A stretch of 64,000 nucleotides of DNA from the NCBI RefSeq assembly GCF_036588685.1, contig NC_086383.1:62434001-62498000 (forward strand), given 5' to 3'. Each line of letters starts with the position of its first letter. Position 1 is the stretch's first letter. Both the position numbers and the translations under genes were made by a program. Below the pieces are notes generated by a model, which was not told the origin of the DNA, ran no database searches, and was given only the letters and a program-made list of their open reading frames with translations. Positions 54,150 through 64,000 of the stretch are shown here, one piece after another. This DNA is from Mytilus trossulus (Eukaryota).

Positions 54150-55947
54150 TTAAGATGTAAGCACCTGAGACTATTTACATCAAGAAGTTGCATCCTCATT
54201 AAAATAACCTTCTCATCGATTATAAAGGGCCACGATTGTTTTGTTATACCGAACTAACAATGGAAAGGCCTTTCGAACACTTTCTATATTTTTTAAACTT
54301 TACATAACAAAGTCAAAGACAAGCTGACGTTTAAAATTACATTTGAGTTCTAAAATTTCTAGAATGTACAACAAAGGTAGAATCTTTTTGTAAAATATTG
54401 ATGGCCCTGAAAAGGACCGTTTCTCTATAAGATCTATAATCAACTGCTTGTACTCTATTCATGTATAATACCTCCTCGACTCTCGGTGGGCTTCCAGTGT
54501 AACGTGAACACTGCCATTTTGTTTATTTACTTCTGTGACGTCATTTTCATGGGAGATAACTCAAGTACAAATCAACAATCTTAAAAGGTTATTCGCAATT
54601 GAATAATAGGGTTATTCATCCTTTCTTGTCATTGAATGAAAAGCAACTGAATTATTCCATAAAAGGTAGTAACGTTTTATCCAATAGAATTGTTTAAAAT
54701 ATATGTAAGGAATAATAATATTTATAATCTCGATTCTATTGATTTAATAACCATTTGCTCATAGGTCTAGATGACAGTGACTATGCCAAGATTCTTTTTT
54801 CAGCAAAAGAAGGATATGTCATAATGTTTATACTACAAATAGTAATTTTAATATACAGATAAAGCTATACGTATAAACGAAAGCTTTGTACGTCAATGAC
54901 CTCAACTAACCTTTAAGCCCCGCCTACTTACTGAAACTACTGTATGTCATCAACAACGATAACGTCACATCACAACCATGACAACGTGTAGTAACAATGG
55001 TCAAACTTTTATTAATTTAACCTTGTTATGTCTGTATGTAGCAAGTTTATAAAATGTTATCAATTAGGTTTATTTTCCCTGTTTAATTCATTAAAATGTC
55101 AATGTCTAATTGCCTGGACTACGGTCATCAGCAAATACCCCAAAATGGTACCCCAAGAGGGAAATTCCAAACACTTTCTTTTAACAATATTTGTTACATT
55201 TTTTTTTTTATTATCGGTTTCAGTATAAAAACAATATACGTATAATGTCTTGAAATATAAAATTAATTTGTATTCGGCACGAAACAGGGGACATGTTCGG
55301 TAGAACCTCGCATTTTCCCCGTTTCTAAGCCTCATACAAATAAATTTGATATTTCAAGACACTATACGTATATTGTTTAATTATCAGAGATCTACACTGA
55401 AGTCATTGGATCGAATGTCAAAGTTAAAGTTTCGAAAGCATCACTTACATGTACATGTTTTCGGATAACATATTTTGAACCGTTCGTTAAATCAACACTT
55501 AACTTTGATCGGTAACACTTCTTTTGGTTATTAATAATATCCTTAAAAAATAGGATAATTATAGTTCAAGATAGTAATTCATTTGAGGCACATTTGTAAA
55601 AGATCGAGATCACATATTAAGCAATTATTAAACTTAAATTTTGGCAAATAACGGTTTAATCGCCGAATCCATGAAGATCGGATATGGGGTAATGTAACCA
55701 TGGTGCTTCTTTTGTTATCTAATTTTGACTAATTTAACTTTAACGTTCTTGATGTTCTTACTGAATCAAATGGCACATGCTCATCATCAGAAAAGCAAGT
55801 AAGGAAACCTTATGAGTTTAAGCAAGACAGTATAAAAAAATGTATTGAGAAGCTCGTAAAGATCATACTCTATTACGTGCATCAACTAAATTATGTCCTT
55901 CCAGATTTATATCCCCTATCTTTAATTGTTACATACATTTGTTTCAG

Positions 55948-56177
55948 CTGACATCGGAATAGTGTATAATACTGGCATATGCATACAAGGTAGAGAGACA
56001 CAAGGAAACTGGACATATATCGATGGATCTAAGATGGATTATTTCAGGTGGCTACCAAATCACCCAAGTAGAGCATCAAATGTTATTCGCATGATTCGAT
56101 CTCAAAACTACGGTTGGGAGAATTCTAATCCCGAACATAATTGTACCTACATGTGTGAATATAGATTGCAAAATTAA
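55948..56177 (+). CDS. Gene B exon 3 (terminal): C-terminal half of CTLD
   Basis: Acceptor tgtttcAG at 55946-55947; spliced CDS 310+171+230=711 nt = 236 aa; AATAAA at 56260. Confidence 0.86.
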
Positions 56178-59100
56178 AGATGGTGACGCTATTTACGATA
56201 GGGAAAACGTTCCTTTTTTTAAAATTTTACTTTTGTACATTTCATTGTCATGCATATCAAATAAATTAATTTATAATAACCTGAAAAAAATATGTATCTA
56301 TTATACTCCATTCATAGACTGAATAAACAAACTGGTTTCGTTGGTAAAGTTTGTACTTGTACCTTAAACGAGCAAACATGCCGCCATAAAATCATTTTAC
56401 CCTGTAAAATAAGTTCAAGACTGATAAATTCAAATTAGTCTCTAGTTAGTATGAATTATTTTCTAAATAAACCTTGCAGACATTACAATTTTCAATTTAC
56501 AATCTATCTTCGCTTGCTCCAATTTGCCGACGGATCATCAGTTTACGTAATTTAACCCCACAAATCTAGGAAAAATCTCAAATTTCCATTTTAAAGAATA
56601 TTTTTTTTCAAAGTTTGCGGCATGGAAGTAACTGGAGAATCTGTAGGTTGAGATATTTTTTTCGTATAACATCATGTTTTGCCATGATGTTTATCCGGTG
56701 GTTAAAACAATTTCGGCAAATATTATTTCATATGAATTTTAAACATTTTTCAAAACTTTTCCGCATTATTTTGTTTTGTTATGCATTGGAATAAATAAAA
56801 ACCAGTTCCATAGGTTGTTTATTATTTTAACTTTAATACAGCGAAATCAATAAATAAAGGCAACAGTAGTTTATCGGTGTTCAAAAGGAAGAATCGATTG
56901 ATTGAAGAAAACAAATCCGGGTTTCAATCTAAAACTTAAGGAAACACATATATTACGAAAACAAAGGACCAACAGGAACACTTCAGTAGAAAAAGCAAAC
57001 GTCAGTATACACAACAGCCCGAGTAGATTTTGTTTTTTCCACCTCCCCATCCGTGCCAACTCTAGCTATAATCTCTGTTTTTGTAAAAATATTGATTACA
57101 AATGCTTATCTGCTTTTTTCAAATGATTGTACTTGCAAGTCATTAGATTAAACAAAATAAATTGTATGCCCACTCCCATGGTTGGCCAGTGGAAACAGCA
57201 AAATCCACCCGAGCTGTAGTGAATATACAAACGGACTATATGTATTTGATAATAACTGCCACATTCCTTATATTGATAATACATGGTAGGGTGACTTTAA
57301 AAAAATAGAAGATGTAGTATAGTTGTCAATGAAATAATTCTTCACAAGAGTCAATATGACACAGCATAGTCAGTTTTTAAAGGCCCCGAAATGACAAATG
57401 TAAAACAATTCAAACTAGAAAAATACCGGTCTTATATCTGTACAAAAAATAAACGAAAAAAAACCCCCAACATGTTATACATCAAGAAAGGACAACAACT
57501 GAATTACAAGAACTTTATCCTCTTCCTAACCTGGGATAGTGTTGTAACAGTACAACATCACAGCGAAATATAGTAGTCATTATATAAGGCTTAACTTTCA
57601 AGTGGATACAGGTATCGCCAGATTGGAGATCCATGAATGTGTATATGTTTATGACAATAATATTTAACCCGAACCTTGTTTACTTAAACCTTCCGCTTAA
57701 TGACAATGTTAAAAACATCGTGGCAGAAATATAACATGTATATCGCAAATACAAAAAAGAATATTCATCACTGCAAAACGCACAAACAAATAACAGAAAA
57801 CCCGACACAAAAAGCAAACCGCGAACAAACAACGAACATATTCCAATATCTGTTCATTTCATTATAAGATTACATATCACGGCTTGTGACGTCAAATACG
57901 TTGAACCGGCATTTAGAACTTTGACCCGGACATTTCAGCAACGTCATGATGTTTGAACCAACGTAATAAGTTTGACCCGAACGATTCAATGGTTTGGACG
58001 ACTCAAGGGTATGAAAGGATTGCTTAATTTCTTGTTTAAAATTGTTTACCTGCCCGAAAATGGAAAACATATAGATTGTACCACTGCATCGAGTGTTATA
58101 CAATATTTATCTATTCGACACAGTTACATTAATCCGTCGAGAGTTGATAAATATGGTATCATACGGGATTTGGTAATGGAATCTATTCTCTAATGATTTT
58201 ATACCAACTTTTAACTTATTTTTGAACGACCTTTGGAAAGATGTGTTCTTTCTACGTGACGTCTCAGGCTACGTCGCTTTTTTTCATAACTTCACAATAT
58301 GTATTTTAGGGGGGGGGGGGGGGGGCAAGAAAGATTTACGTCATAATGGACTTTGCACAAATAAAGTTCTAAAAGCAAGCAAGAAACACGTTGTTTAAAT
58401 TAAAAAAAAAGGTCATTAGATGGAAAAATCAAGTAAGATTTGGTGAAAAGATTTGCCAACAGACTTTAAACAATGGCGCTTTACACATGTTATAAACGTT
58501 TTATTACTTTGAATTCGCCATGATAATTGGAAATTACCATTTAGATATTCAATATAACAGACGGAATGATATGTATACCAGAATCAATATTGAACTTACA
58601 GGAATTGTGGAGATAAGAAACCATTTATACAAATATATATTAATAATAAAGCACAAATAATTTTGTAGTTAACATTTCCGTATTCTAACATGTCTAAAAC
58701 ATATTTTTAACGAAACTATTACTTAATGAACTTTATTTTCTAAATTTATTTTGTAAAAAAAAAGGATTGTAGAAATTAAAAATGCTTGCTCTGATTCTTA
58801 AATTATTGTAATATTATATTTCCTTTTTTTTTCACGACTCATATATTCTAGTACTATTCTTTTAAATAATGTGTTCTTAACCGCAATTATATGTAGATGT
58901 ATGTGTAACGCATCTCTTATTGACTCTCCATCATGTTCTGTATTTGTGAGCTTGAACTTTAAAATAAAGCGATTGGATATGATGACACAATTTTCGACTA
59001 GAGTCCAATTTATGCAAAAGTTACCAACTATAGGTGATAATGAGGGTTATGACCAACATTCATACCGCTTAACAACCAATTAAAGTCTCCCAAATGACAA

Positions 59101-59223
59101 CTGTCAAACACTTCAAACAAGAAAAATACCAGTCTAACTTATGCATGTTATGTCCATAAAAATTTAGATTTTGATAAACATACAATGATCTAAACTATTA
59201 AATCGGTGACCGTTTATAACAAC

Positions 59224-59462
59224 TAATTATCAAATGTATCATGCTTATAAATTAATACGCCTCGTTTCGTCTACTTAAGACGCACCAGCGACGCTCAGAT
59301 TAAAAAAGTTAGAAAGCCAAACAAGTATAAAGTGGAAGAGCATTGAGGACCCTTAATTCAACAAAAGTTGTGCCCAATACGGCTAAGGTAATCTGTGCCT
59401 GGGATAAGAAAATCCTATTCTATTCGAAAAATTCTAACTTTTGCTAGCAGGAAATTTATAAA
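59224..59462 (-). mobile_element. Family 1 retrozyme copy, degenerate
   Basis: Reverse-complement similarity to 52605-52850, including remnant GTTTCGTCTAC..AAGAC..CAGCGACGCTC. Confidence 0.65.
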
Positions 59463-59599
59463 AAAAATCCAGCATCCAAATGCGTGCTTCAGTTGACCTA
59501 TGAACAAAAGTGCGCACTAGTTCAGTGAAAATGGATACCATACTAAACTTCAAAATAAAAAATTAACTACATCTACAATACATAATGCTCTACGACATT

Positions 59600-60012
59600 G
59601 ATTCGAGTGTACTGATGAGTCTGTTGTAGACGAACAATGTGTCTCGCCTATGATTATGATTTTGTTTACAACAAATGGATCAATGCCACTGGCGATGCAG
59701 TTTTTGTTCACGATGTCCTATCAAACCCAGTTGCCACCATTATTATGTTGACAAAATTCATCATTAATATGGCCATAAATTTCAATTTACTGTTTATTAG
59801 ATTGAAATAATAAAAAAAGAAGGAACTTTCTACTCACTAACTATGAAACTTAAAGCTGTCTTTGGCAAACAAAATTAGGAGTTGTGGATCTGAATTGCTC
59901 CTCGAACACATCCTTTTTTTGGTAATGTTGACTATTTGATTCGATCGTTACTAACGAGTTTTTTTTGTAGACACAACTCGCGTCTGTTATAAAAATTACA
60001 ATGTTGGTATAC
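59600..60012 (+). mobile_element. Old retrozyme-like monomer with two decayed HHRs 339 nt apart
   Basis: CTGATGAGTCTGTTGTAGACGAAC at 59612 and CTAACGAGTTTTTTTTGTAGACACAACTCGCGTCTG at 59951; internal GATCAATGCCACTGG core. Confidence 0.55.
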
Positions 60013-61654
60013 TAAATATAGTATATGATGATTACTTTAATGAATTTAGCTCAGGCTCAAAGTAACAAAATCATTGACATTATACTTTACCATAAACAAC
60101 ATTAAATCAAGCAGAAAGGAAACTTTACTACAAATAAGGGAACACGTTTTAATTTACAAACACTATGGACTAGGTTTAAGGTAGTTCCCTCCAGTCATGC
60201 CTTTTTTGTGTAGAACGTTCTGTTCAAAACTGAAATATGTAAATTAAGGAGGGGACAGTTATTGCTGTTTATAATTTATCTAAAGTACGTAATTTTTATT
60301 TACTAATTTTTACCTATGCTTAATGTTTAAGCTCCTTGTTATTTTCTTTTCGTTAGATTTAGCTTAGATTCCTATTTCCATAATTTTGTTCATGGCATTT
60401 TTTTCTAAAATATTTCACTGTTATTTTGTATTTTCGAAATATTTCAAAACCCTAATCAGACCCTCTTTCAAGTTCAACTAAAAAATGAATAACTGATTAT
60501 CCTAGGAAGAACATGTAGTGTTGCACATAGAATTATTTACAATTTGTCAATAAAATGTATTTCCAAAACTTTAAGTTAAAAAACACAAATACATAACTCC
60601 AAGGAAAATTCAAAACTGAAGTTTTTTTTATTAGATGACGACTCGACAGTTCAAACACACCAATAGAATAGAAACAACTCCCATATTCCTGACGTGGTAC
60701 AGGCATTTTCTTATGTTGAACATGATGGACTCAAAACTGTTTCACAGCTAGCTAAATCACGTCCATTATCACTGAATTAGTGCATAATTTTGTTTGGAGG
60801 CTAGTTAAGGCAAGTCTCCGGGTTAGAGATTGGTATGAAGGACCATTGATGACATTCGACCGTGTTCTGCTAAACACTTACTGGTTACAAACTTAATTAT
60901 TTTGTTTACAATTTGAAAACCATATTTTTAGTGCAGATATAATAGATCAATGATTACGTAACATAAATAGATTAGCATTAATTATTATAATCATTAAAAC
61001 AACTTAAATTTTTTAAACTGAAATGTTCAAATTTGGAAGTATCCAGAGTTAACTCATATATATGTTGAATAAAGAAATAGTAATGCTCTATCGTCCTCAA
61101 CTATTGGCCAGGGGGGAAAAGTATAGGGACGGAGTGCTCGGCTTTCACGTTACACCATTTGCGAGTATTTATGGTTTTGCAAAACGACGATAATTCGTCG
61201 GAATGGATCGACAAATGACTGATTCAACGATAACAAACAGATTTAAATTAAACTATTGGCCAATTGACGCTGAAATAAATCAATGAATCTTTACAAAGAT
61301 TATATATTTCAATTATATTTCAAATATGCATCCGCAAAAAGCATGACTGAGCAAAACGAACCCATTAAAAAACAGAGGTGATCTCCGGTGCTAAGGAAGA
61401 ATAAGTAGATTCTGAACCATATTTACTTAGCTTACCACAATTGGACCCAAGGGCAGCCAAATGTAATACCACCTGGCAAAAACAAACAGGAACACCCAGC
61501 ATGTTCTGTATAAGTCGGAAAGTTGTCTTTTTAACACGTCCCCCATTAACATTCTCAATTTTGTTGACTGTATGTTTACGGGCATTGTTAACTTAATCTA
61601 AAAAATACATCAAATTTGTCCTTTATTTTAAACTTCAGAGAGGATTTACCCATC

Positions 61655-63511
61655 TAATCTTTACAGAAATTTGACATTACCGTTTTTGCATCATTGATAT
61701 CTACCACAATTCATATCTTTACAGAAACCTGACATTACCGTTTTCGTACCATTGAGATCTACCATAATTCATATCTCTACAGAAACCTGACATTACGGTT
61801 TTTGTACCATTGAGATCTACTTAAATTCATATCTTTACAGAAACCTGACATTACCGTTTTTGTACCAATGAGATCTACTTAGATTCATATCTTTAGAGAA
61901 ACCTGACATTACCGTTTTTGTAACATTGAGATCTACCAAAATTCATATCTTTACAGAAACCTGACATTATCGTTTTTGTACCATTGATATCTACAAAAAT
62001 TCATATCTTTACATAAACCTGACATTACCGTTTTTTGTACCATAGAGATCTACTAAAATTCATATCCTTACAGAAACCTGACATTACCGTTTTTGTACCA
62101 TTGATATCTACCAAAATTCATATCTTTACAAAACTGACATTACCGTTTTTGTACCATTGAGATCTACCAAAATCCATATCTTTACTGAAACCGGACATTA
62201 CCGTTTTTTTACCATTGAGATCTACCAAAATCCATATCTTTACTGAAACATGACATTACCGTTTTTGTAACATTGAGATCTACCAAAATTCATATCTTTA
62301 CAGAAACCTGACATTACCGTTTTTGTACCATTGAGATCTACCAAAATTCATATCTTTACTGAAACCTGACATTACCGTTTTTGTACCATTGATATCTACC
62401 AAAATTCATATCTTGACAGAAACCTGAAATTACCGTTTTTGTACCATTGAGATCTACCAAAATTCATATCTTTACAGAAACCTGACATTACCGTTTTTGT
62501 ACCATTGAGATCTACCAAAATTCATATCTTTACAAAACTGACATTACCGTTTTTGTACCTTTGAGATCTACCAAAATCCATATCTTTACTGAAACCTGAC
62601 ATTACCGTTTTTTTACCATTGAGATCTACCAAAATCCATATCTTTACTGAAACCTGACATTACCGTTTTTGTACCATTGAGATCTACCAAAATTCATATC
62701 TTTACAGAAACCTGACATTACCGTTTTTGTACCATTGAGATCTACCAAAATTCATATCTTTACAAAACTGACATTACCGTTTTTGTACCATTGAGATCTA
62801 CCAAAATCCATATCTTTACTGAAACCTGACATTACCGTTTTTTTAAATTGAGATCCACCAAAATTCATATCTTTACAGAAACCTGACATTACCGTTTTTG
62901 TACCATTGAGATCTACCAAAATTCATATCTTTACTGAAACCTGACATTACCGTTTTTGTACCATTGATATCTACCAAAATTCATATCTTGACAGAAACCT
63001 GAAATAACCGTTTTTGTACCATTGAGATCTACCAAAATTCATATCTTTACAGAAACCTGACATTACCGTTTTTGTACCATTGAGATCTACCAAAATTCAT
63101 ACTTTTACAGAAACCTGACATTACCGTTTTTGTACCATGGAGATCTATCATAATTCATATCTTTATAGAAACCTGACATTACCGTTTTTAAACCATTGAG
63201 ATCTACCAAAATTCATATCTTTACAGAAACCTGACATTACCGTTTTTTTACCATTGAGATCTACCAAAATTCATATCTTTACAGAAACCTGACATTACCG
63301 TTTTTGTACCATTGAGATCTACAAATTTCATATCTTTACAGAAACCTGACATTACCGTTTTTGTACCATTGAGATCTACCAAAATTCAAACCTTTACAGA
63401 AACCTGACATTACCGTTTTTTGTACCATTGTGATCTACCAAAATTCATATATTTACAGAAACCTGACATTACCGTTTTTGTACCATTGAAATATACCAAA
63501 ATTTATATCTT
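61655..63511. repeat. 58-bp minisatellite, ~32 copies
   Basis: Unit ACAGAAACCTGACATTACCGTTTTTGTACCATTGAGATCTACCAAAATTCATATCTTT. Confidence 0.95.
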
Positions 63512-64000
63512 CAATCGATGAGAGTCGTATTTAGGGTAATGCTATGCCGGCTGATACATTGACGCAATTTCGATCCCTTTATTATTCTCATACAAGAAAA
63601 AAATCATATTTGCTTTTTAATTGAAAACAAATAAAGTTTATAATACAATGAACTTTTGTAAGACATTTGTAACCGACATGTTTATTGTCCATTTAACCCT
63701 TTAGACGCTCGTTTACCTGTTGATCTCATGTTAATTTGAGTCAGCACGTCTGATTTTAAGTATGCAACATTTAATATGTCTACTGAGAAAATTCGTAAGC
63801 ATAGCTTAGATCCGAAAGCTATTATTTTATTAAATATTTAATTAATGTTGACAATAATACAAGACGAAAACACATTAGTGTCCAATGTCCCACACATCAA
63901 TATAATACAGTTAAGTATTTTTTTCTCTTTAGACTACCAAATTCCACGAACAGGCAGCTTTTGATCAAACCCGAAAATTGATACCCACGAATAAAAGTAC

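Noticed and set aside
58308-58325. Poly-G run
   Set aside because: Simple homopolymer with no further support for function

Overview
AT-rich, repeat-dense eukaryotic DNA. The repeat families and gene type look like a bivalve mollusc, probably Mytilus; this is recognition from memory, not a database result. The only supportable protein-coding content is a tandem cluster of + strand, 3-exon genes encoding a secreted ~236-aa PAN/apple + C-type-lectin-like (CTLD) protein. Gene A has exons 11473-11776, 14298-14468 and 16842-17077. Gene B has exons 38355-38664, 44125-44295 and 55948-56177. Between them lies a third, partial copy with an intact exon 3 (26727-26956) and its intron 2, but no exons 1-2; the copy starts almost exactly at the old splice donor, so it may act as an alternative ligand-binding last exon for gene A. 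The window also holds two subfamilies of ~350-nt hammerhead-ribozyme (HHR) retrozyme-like repeats. One copy is intact, terminally redundant and TSD-flanked, and sits in sense orientation inside an intron of gene B. Other content: decayed Penelope-like RT fragments, three 58-64-bp satellites (one ~8.7 kb with higher-order structure), a non-autonomous Helitron with a paralogous empty site, Helentron-type HINEs, MITEs, SINE-like repeats and long palindromes. Most short ORFs in the supplied track are spurious.
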